DNA of 64,000 nt from positions 310,001-374,000 of the forward strand of contig CM060733.1 of the NCBI GenBank assembly GCA_030704615.1, in the 5' to 3' direction. Below, piece by piece: positions 26,324 to 39,622 of this stretch (positions are counted from its first letter, which is position 1; each line of letters begins with the position of its first letter). The notes below the pieces were generated by a model that was given only the letters and a program-made list of their open reading frames with translations, did no database searches and was not told the DNA's origin. Source of the stretch: Takakia lepidozioides (lineage: Eukaryota > Plantae > Bryophyta). Made by a program: the position numbers and the translations under genes.

Positions 26324-29300
26324 ATGGCATCAAACGTGAGAGATGGTCGAAGTGGCAGCAGTTCCAGCAGTAGCGCCAGCACCTGCACGCGCCTTACTCC
26401 TGCTCCTGTAGCTCTTTCTCCCTCTCTCACTATGGATTACGATTGTACAAATTGTGGCTCATTTTTGTTTGGCCAGCGCGGGCGGATGCGACCGCGCCCT
26501 CATGGTGTCCGGAGCCATCATCATCCGAGAGCCAACAGGGCGGAGGACACTGGCCAGGTATGAAGCGTGTAGATCATTTCTTCACTGCAGTCTCTCACTT
26601 ATATAGTGCCTTATCTCTTTCTAAGAGGCGTTGACTACATGTTATGTCTGCGTCTCCATACTTTGGATCTTGCACTTTTCTTGTGCCTCGTCATCTTGAC
26701 ACAGGCTGTCCACATCAAGCAATCTCTCGAGGTTTCATTTGTTCTGGTTGTTTGTTTGGGGCCCCACTTTCCTTTCCTGTTTTCCGGTTTTCTTCGACCA
26801 ATAGGATCTTTGAAAATGTGTAGACCTTGAAAAGCAACTCACCACTAATATGCAAGTCCTGATGTCTAGGTCTCGAAAACAGGCTTCAGAATTCTCCTCA
26901 ACTTGCACCCTATATATTACTTTGTGTTTCTTGACATCCATTTCACTCCTTGAGTGGAAGAGATGCCTACCTCTGAAGCCTGGTCGGTCCTTCTTCACAT
27001 CTACTCTCCAGAGCCTTTAGGAAATTTGCTATGAGCAGCATTAATGTCTCATTGACTATTTCAAACATGGAAAGGCAATCCTGGGGATTGCATATCAGCC
27101 AGCAACTATGTTACATCAAGCAACTTGGTTTTTTCTTAAGGGACCTGTTCAACTCTTTTCTTGTGGAAGGACACAAAGATCCCAGTTGTGAAACCTTTCA
27201 CATACCATGACACGAAGTCTGACTGTGGAACATTTGATGCCATGAGACTGCTCTTTGTTGCACACCTGCTGAGAGCCCACCCATTCATAACCCTGTGTAG
27301 TGGACACCATGAAACCAGGGGTATGTAACATTTCCATGTGTGGAACATTTACAGCAATTGTATCCCTTCAAGTCTCCACTGACATTGATGAGCTCCCCCA
27401 ACTTTACCCTCACCCTGAAAATATGTAAGCCTAGATCGCCCAACAAGAAATCCTACCTTGTAGCTTGCAGTCTGATTACATTGCTGGATGCCTGCTTGAT
27501 TGGACAGCATAAGAGTGATGATAAAAAAAAGTACCTTGATTGGCAGGCTCATGCTCAGAGGCTACTTCTAGTTGGCCCCTCGCCAGTACATCACCCTTTT
27601 TCAAATGCAGTTTCCCAGCATTTGGTGGTGCCGCAGAATGAACAGCTTTCATCTTATCAGCACCCTGTGGAGGGTGAGGATCCTCGTGGCTTTCTGGACA
27701 TGGGCTTTCAAAATGACATCAGTGACACAGGCTCCATACAGGGTTCAGATGATGAAGGAGATGAAGTTAGCAATGAAAGAGTGATAGATTATGTGGCATG
27801 TCATGGGAGCGAGCCTGTCTTAGTCGAGAATGTGAACGATGCATCCTCGACACTTGCGGAGATTTTTCGGTGCTTTATTTGCCTGGGCAAGGTGCAATGT
27901 CCCCTGCATATTATACTTGCTTCCTCATTATCTCAAGAGAACATAACAGATGATGGTAATTTGGGTGATTGTATGTTGTTCCGTGGGGTCCTACACTATG
28001 AGCCCAGGCAGCAAGGGCCAATGAAGGCAGAGGGGAGGGAGCAAGGGAGGTACCAGGGTAGAGACTTATTGAAGATTAAAGTGCGCAAGGTTAGGGAGGT
28101 GCACGGCTGGGTGAAGGGAATCTACTGTTGCTCAAGTGCAGGTCATTGATTGTTGCTGTGTATGCCCCCCCATAAAATTATTGTCCTCTTTCTGTCTCCC
28201 CTGGCAGGTGGTGGATGCTCAACTCTGTCCATGTTGCTCCAAGCTTGTCTGCCATCCTTGTATCAAGGTCAGTGGTTCCTTTTGCAGCATAATACGGGAG
28301 TTTGGGAGCTCCTTAGGAGCTGATGAAAAAACTTCTATGCACAGAGGACAGCACTGGGCGAGGAAGGATCATGTGGGAGAATAGTCAGTTTTTGAATTTC
28401 TATTCAGTTTTTGTAGCTTTATTATCTGGTTGTGGCAATTGTAGTCACCGATTTGTTTTCTCCAATGTTTTCAGAGGTGGCTTACGGACCAAAAATCCGA
28501 ATGCCCGCACTGTCGTGCCCCACTTCTTGTCTCACAGCTCGTGAGCTGCCGCTTCATCTCAGAGATCTCATTGGTGAGCTCCAGATGCTCTTTGATTTTT
28601 GTGCTAGGTGAATCTCATAATGAAGAAAATATTATGGAAGGATCAGACACTTGAGAACAGATTAGAATGCCAGACTGCCATAGGACAGGAGATTGTCTGG
28701 GCCTTCAACAATCCCAGGCACCACCATTGATCTCCTGTATTGACTGCAAGCAACTTGATTCTTGAAGAGTCATTCAAGTGCACGGCAACTCAATTTTCAG
28801 GAAGGTGATGGAGCGACTAATGTCGACAACTGTAATTGGTTGGAGGGTTTCCAGGAAGTTGAGAAGATTCAGGGAAAACTTGGAGACAATGCCTTGGAAA
28901 AGGTTTGGTCATTTCTCACGTCTCTCCTGTCTCTTGCTTTTACATCACCTTCATCAACTAAATTCTCTTTGTATGAAACAAATTTGCTGAGAAACCTAGA
29001 TTGAAAAGCAGACGAACCCCATATTACATTATCTGTCTTGCAAGATGTCTCCCTAGATTCTATTGTTTTCTGACTTCCATCTCATGTCTTACTTCTGGTA
29101 ACCTCCTGTGTGTTTCCTTCCCAGTGAGCTAATATGCGTGTGTTGATGGTTGGTGGGGAAATAGCAGTACTGTCCAACACACGATAGCCCTCTTCTCTAC
29201 TTTTGTACTACATGCTCTGTGGCTGTTTGCTCTGACTGTGCCGTCTTGGTTGAGGTATGCAGACTCTGTATTTCTTTGTAAGCTAAAGGCTCTAATCTTT

Positions 29301-32300
29301 CGTTGGATACTTTGGGCTGGATGCAAAAACCTTTTGTTTCTCCCTCTTTACCCTGTCTGTCTACGGCCATTACCCCAGGGTGCCTCACCCCCTCCCTTGG
29401 ACCAAATCAGTACGTAGGGTGCTGCATCCACAAGGCTAGAGTGAAATGCAGAGGTAGTTCTGAGCATAGTACCTTTCACTTAGGTTGCATGGTGTAGCTT
29501 GCAATGCCATATACAACAGCCTAATCAAAGCAAAGGCAGGTGCACTCCTCTTAAGACAAGGATCAATATTGGTGTCTCTTCTTCCGGAAGGGCCACTACC
29601 TACAGCCTAATCATTGCTTGTTGCTGATTTCTGCAAATATGTTGTTAAGATCTCCACGACAGATTACAGATCTAATATCCACTTCGTGTCTGAGCTGAAA
29701 GAGGGGCTTTTATTGTGAGTAAAAAATAGAGGACAACCCTTGCATTAAAATTCAATCCCAGCAGTACACACTAAGCTGTGAGAGACACCTGTTTGAGCCA
29801 GTAGATCTTTTTTGTATTTGATCAAGCTATGTGGTTTCTTGTCATACTCAGGATCACCGGAACCACACCTTTGAGAAGCTAAGTGTGGCCTATGGGCGCC
29901 ACAAGAAGAAAATTCGTGTTGAAGCTGCTGGTTTGCGGCGGCGCCGAAAAGTAGAGTCATCCACCTGTTGCCTAAGAAAATAGCTTTTTGTCAGGCAAAG
30001 TGGTCTGGGGCTTCCCAGGCAGATGTGTTCAAGTAGCCAGAACAGTCCTCCAGAGCACTACATCGTTGTTGAAATGGTCAAGCTTTATATGTACTATCTC
30101 AGTGTGTATGTCTCTTGGGAGACGGGGTGCTCGGAGATGGTTGCATGAAAGGTGATATTGACTCTTCCTTCTATCTGCATGCTGCAGGAGCTGTCTGCAC
30201 TGGTGGCATCTGTCGACAAAAATATAGAGAGTGTGCTCAAGGTGTGCTCATTTTCTTACTGTCCCTCAGACTTTTACATGCTTGAATGTCCAGGTTTTCA
30301 CTTAATTTCAGCAAGGAACTTCTCCCTGTGTGATTGAGTTTGCATTAATTTAGGGTGCCCAGTCTCATGCATTTTCCTAGTTTTTTGATGTGCCTGTTAT
30401 TGTTTGAGAGGAAATCATATGCACATGAGGGTTTTAACCCCTGTGAGTGACTTGCTATTGTTGGCAATCAATCATTTTATAGGTGGTAGATGTTTTCAGT
30501 ACTACATGATCTTTGAGTATTCTGCTGGTGGCTGGTACCTCTCTGTTCTGTTTCCTTTTTCATGTCCATATTACCTCTTGTGATGGCAGTCGAAAGATGA
30601 ATCTGCGGTGGAGCTACAGGTGGCATTCAAGAGGATGCAGGTATGTTGACATCAGCCCAAATGCAAGTTTATGTCTGTCTGCACCTATAGTTTACATGCT
30701 GACTGAACCCCATGCTTATCTGTAGTCAAGCATCTCAAGTGTCACGTATTGGACTGCAGTCACGGCTGGAAGAGCAGCTCAAATGCAAGTTACTGGCTCT
30801 ACTTGCACAGAAGGGCTCCATGACTCAGGAGGCAAGTGACCCGCCAACCCCAAACTCTCCCCCTCTCCTTAGTTCCCATTAGCCCATTGGACTTCCATGG
30901 CTCCAGCAGAAATTGTTTCAGTCTTAAGTACACCCTGGTGGGAAGAACCCATAGTCGGCTCCAGCAAGCATGATATCTGTCATTGCCACCATTTGCACAT
31001 ATGCCTTTACCAGTATGCTTTGCAAGCATCACTAAAAATAAAGCGCCAGTTCTCTTGAAGGTTTGACTATTGCAAGTTCTACTTGTGGTCCAATCTTTGG
31101 TACAAACATGGAGTCCTTATTCCTTCCGTTCTAACGAACATTCAGCTATTTATCTGAGGGTACCTTTGCATTGTGGATGCAGATGGAGCTGTTGGAAACC
31201 ATACTGCATGAGTTAGATCAGCAGCTAAACAGCATTCCCAAGAGTGATCTAATTGCCCAAGAACCCAACATGAGCAGCATGCTCCAGGTATGCATTTGTT
31301 AGTTCTTGTTTCTAGATTTCTTAACTTCTTGGATTATAGGAGAAGTTGACTGTGATGAGCTGTAGTCTATCCACCAATTTGCCGTGTTCTGTTGCTGATT
31401 GCTCATGTTGTCTATGTTTGAATTAGATGTGTACAGTGTATGACGTGTCCAGGGTTAGCAATCACTAACCTGTATTGCAACAGCTATCAAATGAAATTGC
31501 TACTGTGGATGGGATGGAGTGCAGGACATTCGCACGCGCACATTTTCAGACATTTCGCGAACTCCAATCTCTCCAGACTTCACTTCTGAGGTTTGTCCCT
31601 TTCAACATCTCTCATTTCCTCTCTTGGGTGATTTGCATGATGTGCTAGTAAGCTGTTCGAAGCTGTGGGCCTAGAAATTCCAAATGTTCATAAAAATGGC
31701 CAAGAATCTTCAAAGTGGATACATGTGAGGGGGCTGATAGGATCTCTAACAAATCATTTATATAGAGTTAATCAGCTTGCAGACATACTTTGCAGGTCGT
31801 GCCAGCATATGAGTATGGGGAACTTGTCCTTAAGAACTACAAGACAAATCTCAGCCAAGTCAGGCCCACAGTATTTGGCCTGGGTGGCAGCCACAGCCCA
31901 AGAGCGTCTATCAGCTTCAGCAAAGACGTTGTCTTCAGTGAGGTGGACCTTCAGAATTTCTGATTGGGGTGCATTGTATGCATTAAGTTGCTTGACAGCT
32001 ATGGTGTCAAATTATCTCAAATTTCCAGATTGTTCATCTTGTATCGATGATGAAACTCACTGTGGTGGTGTTGGATGCAGCCTGTATGTGCCTCAGGAGT
32101 TACTTGGCGGCTCAAGGTAACCATGTTTGCTTGTTGGTGTCTTCATCACCATTGACTCGTAATTCAACGTGAATTCATGCAGTTGAGGTGGTTGCTTATT
32201 TGTCTACTCACAAGACACCACATCTTCAATGATTTAGGCCTGGTTTCCATTTCTTTCTTTCTTTTTAAGGGGTATTGCCTTCCCCCAAAATTTTGAAGTA

Positions 32301-34947
32301 CATCATATCAACCATTTATTTCGAGGGTCTATCAGTCTGCAGGGAGACATGGCTCAAGTGGTTATGTATGTACAGGTGTATCCAAATGGCAGTGGTGCTT
32401 CCCAGGGAACACATCTCTCTGTATTTCTGGAGGTTAGTGAACATCCTTCATGAATTGGTTACCAGACCATGTCTGTTCTCTTGTCTTATTTTATACTCAA
32501 GATGAAGTCTTTAATTATTCCCTTTAGAGTCAGAAAATTGTTGACGCATGTACTTGTGGTGAATGCAGATGGTAGAGGGAGGGAATGAGCCAGCAACATA
32601 TGAATATGGTATTGAACTACTCCATCGAAGCCGCCCCAATCAGCGCGTTGTCCGCAAATTCTCCTCAGATTTTGAGGCAAGACAATTATCCCTAGGGACA
32701 AAAATTGACACATGGTTCCCATCTCCAAAATAAACAGATTTTATTCTTATCATACCACTAAAAGGCAGAAATTTGTCCACTGGAGGAAATAGCTTTCAAC
32801 TGTTCATTAGATCTCTCATCACACTGCAATGCTGTTCTTGCACTCTCTGCCCTGAGCATGTCCATGGATTGTTGAAAAGCCCGGTATTTCACAAGCAGTG
32901 GCTGATAAACTAGCCTGTACTTAAGCTGCTGGTTACATCCACTGTTGAACTGTCCTCAGGCTGGGGCATGTTGGGGCTACTATCAATTCTTTCGGATTGA
33001 TTTACTGGAGAAAGATGGCTATCTTCTTCCAGAAGAAGACACCATCACCTTGCGCTTCTACGTCCGAGCTCTTACGTGAGGATTTTCACCAAGCACTTCA
33101 CACTTTGTTTGTTTTCGACAAATGTAGTCCTTGAAAAGTTTGCAGTAATATCTACAGATAAACCACTCCCATCTTGGATTGTCTTCTCACTGTTTTGTTT
33201 CCAATGATGGACACCCTCTTCTATCTACCCAAGTCCTTCTCTGGATTTTAAAAGTTTATTTCTCTCTTTATAAAGTATCATTTAATTTCATTTATTTGTT
33301 TTCCTGTTCCAGAAGCTCTTTGCTAAAGTTAATTAGTTTCTTTCCTTCCTTTCTTTTCTTTCATCTACAGGAGGCACTCCGCCGTGGTGCCATATTGAGT
33401 GATTCTTCGTTTGCACAGTAATTCTCTTTTCAACACTGGTTCTTTGTGCTCTGTGTCCATTGGGTCCTTTGGGCCTCGGATGTAAGGAAGTTCGTTCTTT
33501 CTTTCTCTCCCTTGTCCATAAGCTCTTGGAGCTTGTGATGGACATTATAAAGTTTCTTTCTTTCTTTCTTTCTGTATGCAGGGTCTGGCCACCCAGTTTA
33601 TGGCAAGTGAATACGTGATTTTTGTACAAGTCCATCTGTAGGCTTGCTCATGCACATGTACTAAAAAACTATGATGTAAATGCAAGTGGTGTTCCCTACA
33701 TTAATTGGGACTGGGTGCGAGTTGGCATGCTTGCAGATATCAACAGCAATGCCAGGATTTGCGAAGGGCACTTGCAACTATACAAGTTGAGCGGGACGAT
33801 TCAGCCACTCAGGTGATCTCATAATAAAGAGTGGAAATATGTATGAGAGAGTGAGAAACTCAAGATCTTGATCAAGATTGTTTAGAGGCCTTGGGGTCAA
33901 ATGCAATTTGCATATCCTTCTAGCTCTCACAGTAACTGTGTTCAGGTTGCGGTTATCCGACGAGCTTTTGCAGCAACATTTTTCCAACGAAGGCGCCGAA
34001 GGAACAGTCGGGCAGTTCATGCTGATGGCCAGCCGTCATTTGCCCAAGCTGTTGCTGGCGCAGTGACTAACCTGGCATCCCCGACCCTTGGAACAAGAAA
34101 AGCTCACATGTCCAGCATCAAACATTTCCACCTCAAAATGCAGGATTACAGTGGAAGTAAGTCAGGAAAGTTGATACCGGGAATGTGGGCTAATACTGAC
34201 AATCAGAGGAATATGGTTAACTCAGAGGTGTCAAGGTCTGCAGAATTTGCGGCTGCACTGGAAGGAACAGATTGCATTACTAGCCCTGTGCATGCATCAG
34301 AACCAAATGTTCAACATTCCTTTGGTGAGGAATCCATTGTGGAGTTTTTGGCAAGGTCAGAGCACATGAATTTGCCAGGTGTTTGCCTGCAAGACGATGA
34401 GGAGCTTCCCCAAGTCGAACATGTAGGGATACCCATTGATGCTAGAGCCAGAGAGAGACGGGAGGTATGGTTGAAGAAGCGTGAAGATTTTTTCCAACTT
34501 CCAGCAGCAAAGTGTAGGTTGCATAAAAAACTGCGAAATCGGAAAGGTCATAAGCTGCTATTAAGCTCCGAGGCGATGCCTTTTGGGGACGTCACAGAAC
34601 TTGCAGGCCAACTATCCATCCTTTCTGTAGAGGCAGGTCCTTCAGTAATGAACACATCTTCACCAACTACCAGCAGCAATATTGAGAAGTCCCTGGGGAT
34701 CCTGTCTCTCCCTGTGGTTTCAATCTCTGAGGAGCGGAAGCACACTCCAAGGGAAAAGTACAGGGAATACACTGACCCTGAATGCCAGAGCTCCACTCCC
34801 TGGGTTTTGAATCTTGGTGATAGCGGGGCTGTAAATGGTGGCAGGGAAACAGAAACTAAGGCTTCATACAACTTTCCCAGCACTGCCTCAGCTCCTACTG
34901 GCTCACTCTGCACCCCAGAAATTGAGGACTGGGGGAATGTGAAGTGA
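26324..34947 (+). CDS. TRIM37: TRIM37-like E3 ubiquitin ligase (RING, B-box, coiled-coil, MATH/TRAF); 19 exons
   Basis: Exons 26324-26557, 27547-27891, 28208-28267, 28475-28573, 28855-28902, 29165-29254, 29852-29950, 30188-30241, 30590-30640, 30760-30831, 31183-31287, 31525-31590, 31796-31942, 32081-32116, 32376-32432, 32569-32676, 32960-33075, 33737-33812, 33946-34947 splice in frame. RING [46 protein letters not shown], B-box CPTH..FCTTC..VCSDC..HRNHTF, PDFTSE, MATH WRLKVYPNG..HLSVFLE..CWGYYQFFRIDLL closely parallel animal TRIM37. Confidence 0.9.
29528..29601 (-). mobile_element. 5'-truncated SINE 3' end in a TRIM37 intron
   Basis: Perfect 12-bp TSD ACAGCCTAATCA (29516-29527, 29602-29613). 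Insert shares AGGTAGTGGCCCTTC..GACACCA with the SINE at 4329. Confidence 0.75.
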
Positions 34948-34984
34948 ACGCCTTAACAGGTGGTCAATCAGGGAAGAAACGAGG

Positions 34985-35990
34985 AAATGCCCCATCAGGG
35001 AACCTTACTCCCTCAACAACCAACTTGGCAATTTAAGCCACTGACCATACTTTATGGTAGTCGCATCTTACTCTCTGAGTGCAGCAAGCTGTCAGGCAGT
35101 AGTATTTCACTGAAGAAGTATTGTGCATGATCCTTTGCCTTCGTGAGGTTGGGCACAAGGTCAACAAAGAAGAGAATACAATGAAAAACAGGCATCTATA
35201 TCTCCCCACTTTTTGGCCAAGTGGACAGGTCATGGGTAGCTGGGAACTGTTGCCAATACTGCAAAACCCTGTCTGATTGAAGCCACATCCTTCACAGCTC
35301 CATAACAGAGGGCTGGCATGGTGGTGTCATACCGAGATGCGAAGTGTGGAGGGCTATGATTCTGAGGTACTAAGCACACCGCTTCTCTTACCTTGTCATT
35401 TTTTAAGTGGTAGGCTGAAATTGCAAGGGATGTAGTAAATCCTGTTACATGGTCACTGGTTTTACTTTGCGTTTGGTTGTTCGATACAATAACTACTATC
35501 AATAGGCATGCTGGTTAGTTTTTTGGGTGTTGACAGCCTGGTAGAGGTTAGAGAGGTGAAAGAGATTCCCTATCATGATGCCATTCAGGTGCTTTGTTTT
35601 GCCTACCAGGTTTGGAGCGCCATGGATAAGTGGGAAGAGGGAGAGTTAGATGTCACTTGGTCTTAAACATGAGGTAGCGTGGCCATACTGTAAGGGCAGT
35701 TGCCTTTTCGTAGCCTGCAACTAGAAAATCATGAAGCTTACACACGAGTTGGCTGTATTCGATATCCAATTGTGCAAGTTGCGGCCATACCTTTCTGTCC
35801 ACCCAGTGTGTAGACCGTATAAACCCTGACCAAATGTCCTTCAAATTTGCAAAACGTTGGACATCGACGATAGGAGAAGGGAGGATGCACACCAACCCCA
35901 GTTGTCTGTGTGGGCCTCCCGTGGATGCCATCAATATATTCTCTCACCTCCTTTCACCATAGTTCCCACTAACCTGATCAAGTTAGGTGT
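34985..35990 (-). pseudogene. Possible decayed cytochrome P450 (CYP85-clan-like) fragments
   Basis: Ordered remnants RTFG/RVYTVYTLGG, GFTTSLAISAYH..KVRE, FASRYDTT..ALCYGAVK (I-helix AGxDTT-like), VVEGVRFPDG. No heme-binding Cys motif seen. Confidence 0.25.
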
Positions 35991-36719
35991 GTAACAGTTC
36001 CGCGAACAGGCATGTGTTTTCTGTATAGAACCTATTAATCCCGTACCATTTCTTAATTGCAATTCTGTACCCAAGGGTACCTTGAGGCGCAAACGGCCCC
36101 TCATGCCTCGACGCTCATGGCACCGATGAGTACATTTCGCGTGAGCAGCAGTGTTGGCTGACAGCGAATTCGGAAGTGTACAGGAGAGGGGTGTGGAGCC
36201 CAGCAGTTGTCGTGGCCTCTTCCTGCGACTGAGAGGGGGCGCGCGTGATAGCGTTTGATCACCTCCCCTTGACCAACTCCTTCAAGAGCAACGCCTCACA
36301 CGCACCCCCTCCTGCAAGTACTTTACTCATCAGCATGCCAGCCAGTGTTTTCTTTTAATTTCCAAAATCGCTGGCGGAACCACATGTGCATTCTACCCGG
36401 TGCCCACGTGGCCAGACTAACGAGGCGGCAGGGTTAGAAAAGTGGCTATTTACCAGGTGGCACGATTTAACTGGTCCTCGCAGGCTCTTGATATTGAACT
36501 ACTAGTAAATATTCCAGCAGCTCACACATTTTCCAGGTCGAAATCTGGCAGTTTTCAGCCAGAAAGAAAAACACTGTGCCGCCATCGAAATTACATCAAC
36601 CAACGTCCTTCCGGCCCTTTCATACCCTACTTGCAGTTCAGATCTAGCAAAAATTAATTGAAATCCGAGTTGCTAACTACCGTATTGTGGTTTCTATTAA
36701 TTAATAGATTCATGTTTGC

Positions 36720-37385
36720 TGTTTTTTTTGGGGCCCTGCCTCTGCAGAGCCCACTACTTACTAATTTAGTAAGTAGTAAGTTACTAGGTAGTAAGAGGTC
36801 TCAAGGGGTAGGGCTTTCTAAGAGGTCCCAGGGTCGGAGGGCTTCTAGAAGGGTCCCTGGACACATGTGAGCCCTATCTAAATTTGGCCAATTTAATACA
36901 TCTGGCGTTCCTCCCTTCTTTTTTTTGACCCCTTATCTTATTCCTTAATACATTGGTCTTATTACATAAGCCCCCCCACTCTAACTCCTGGGCCACAGGG
37001 CTCAAATGAAACATGGAATTGTTCTACATGTTTTGGAGTGTATATGAATTAATATACCTATGGTTCCTGCTAGTAAGTTCTACGCAAGGGCTCTCCATGG
37101 TAGGACCTTTCTAGAAGCCCGCCCAATCCTCACGCGGTGGGACCCTTCTAGAAGGTTGCCCTATGACCTGTGTGAGCCTTAGAAACCGGCATGCCACACC
37201 CTACCCAATTTGCAGCCTGAACCCTCCCCCATTTAGTAGCTGTCGGCTTCATGCCTTGTTTACCCCCTTACATGACGGTTACTAATTCAAGTCGTGGTAC
37301 AGTTTACTATATCACCCGCTTTTTAATTCTTGGACCACTCTCTAATCTTCACACCCCCTTACAAACCTTGGCCTCTTATTTAATT
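36720..37385. repeat. Inverted copy of the 8940-9350 dispersed repeat
   Basis: Reverse-complement match to 8940-9350, with blocks rearranged. Confidence 0.75.
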
Positions 37386-38661
37386 TGGGGTGGAGTTAAA
37401 AGAAATTCTGGTGAACATGCAATTCACAGTAACCCTTAAGCACGTGCATTGAGCAAATTTTATCCCCTAAAAAGCCTAACCTCTGGCCAATGAACTGAGG
37501 CAAAAAACCTACCTTGTTACACTCAATAAAATGGACCTTACTATATCAGGTACATATTCACTCCGATTTCATATAAATTTGGTGTAGTAGAGGTATATTG
37601 CGTTGTAATGGAATCCAAAATAGTGCATTGGAGATGTAATTTCGAGCAGAAAATTCACCTTTGAATACGGATAGCGTGACATGATAAAAATACAGGTGGG
37701 CATAAAACTTGTCGGTTGTTATACCAGCTCGTATATCAGACACATGATACTCCTAAGAAGGTTATAATGAAGACAAATCCACCTATACACTTCAACTTCA
37801 AAGAAAGAGAGAAATAGGTAATGTATAGCCGGACCTTAAACATCATGCCAATGGGCCCTTGCTGTTGCTTGGTGCGTGCCCTACCCACCTTGCTACAACG
37901 ACCCTCCCTCTCCTCTTGCACTCCCTCTGCCTCTTCTGCGCTCCGTAATGCACCCTCCATCTCTTCCTAAGCTCCCTCGTTGACTATAGCTTGCCAAAAA
38001 TGACTGCTTAATGTTTTTTGGGGGTACATATCCAGCTTGTCTACCATGTCAACCCACTCAACAAATTGTGGAGAAATTCACCATAGGACAAGAGAGATTT
38101 TAGTGTTTTAGTGGGTTTTGTATTTTGGATTTTGCAAAATATGAAATTTGAGCTTTGACCTTGAAGCTGTTTGAGTAACAGGTTTCAATTTTCCTATTCT
38201 TGCCTCTCACATAGAAATCTGGTATGCTATTGTTAAAAATTTCAAGCCAAACAACCTCTTTTTAAATTAGGGTAACCTAGTAATTCAAAGTGAGCCCATG
38301 CCAAAAGTGAACTCTTTGATAATGATGAGTTGTTTCACCCAATCCGGTGTGGTGAGGGTGTGGACAGCACTAAAAGAGTGAGGTTGGTCTTCTCTCTGAA
38401 TTCTCCATCCAAAGGTGGAATTTACAAGTGTGCGCTCAGACCCACACATCGGCCAATTATGACTTGCAGCGCATAGGGTCAACTATGTGTGGTCCCTGTT
38501 TGTTTAAAAAAAAATCTAAATAGTCAGATTTCTACTTGGAAATGCCCGATCAGCTACTCATACAAAGGAATTATAGGGGGTGAAAATAAAAACAATTCAT
38601 TAGAATGCGTCCATATTCGCATGGCAGGAGCCTGATTTTGCCTACATGGACCTGTTAAAAC

Positions 38662-39446
38662 CAGTGTTGTACCGGCATATAGGGTATTCCTTGGTATGTG
38701 CACAGGTATATGTATCAAGGACCCTACCAGCCTGATATCAACCAAGAGAAATACCCCGGCTATGTACAAGTTGCCCCCAATAAGTCCCAAATTAATACCC
38801 TGGCTTGTACCATACCAGTATGGTATTGATTAATGTCATATCCTTGTAGATACCAGTACTCCCCCCTCGGTGTGGCGAAGTCCCTAGAGTATTTGCTGTA
38901 TAGCATAGGTGGGGGGGGGGCTCTTCAATGTCCAGTGTAGTGGCTGTAAATTTTACTTCAGAGGCTGATATTGTGGAGGATCATGAAGATGAATTGCAAG
39001 AGGCTGGATATTTTGATGACTTGGGAGATTAGACTTCTTAGCGTGCTACTAATAGAATTGATTCCATCTAAAATTGAATCAAATTTTGCAACCACTCAAT
39101 TGCTCTAGAGGCACTTACAATTGTATTTATGGTGACTTCAAGAAAATACTTCTTTGATTTAAAATATATATTCAGGAATTTTGTTACGACAAATTTGCTC
39201 TTATTATTTTAAGGTGTGCAATGATCTTATCTAATACCAGACCCGGATATATGTATCACCCAAACAACTACTCTATATTTATACCAGATCAAACAAAACT
39301 ACTCACTTCTATTTATTTATACCAGTCCAGTATCTAAAAAATTTAAATTAATGTAATACCAGGACCTGCCATATCTCAAATTTAGTCCATAATTCAATAC
39401 CAGTACTAGTCTGGTATGCCCAAATTTTAATTTTGGTACAACACTG
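38662..39446. mobile_element. Non-autonomous hAT element
   Basis: 12-bp TIR CAGTGTTGTACC / GGTACAACACTG, perfect 8-bp TSD GTTAAAAC on both sides, subterminal ATACC(AG) repeats. Confidence 0.92.
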
Positions 39447-39582
39447 GTTAAAACATTCTACTTGTTCTATAGCCACTTCTCTAACCTTGTCATCTGGTTA
39501 TTCTTGTCAGATGGGTGCTGGGTAGAATTTACATGTGGTCTTTGTGCTGATTTTGGAAAAAATAAACAATAAGGAGAGAAAC

Positions 39583-39622
<40 letters not shown>

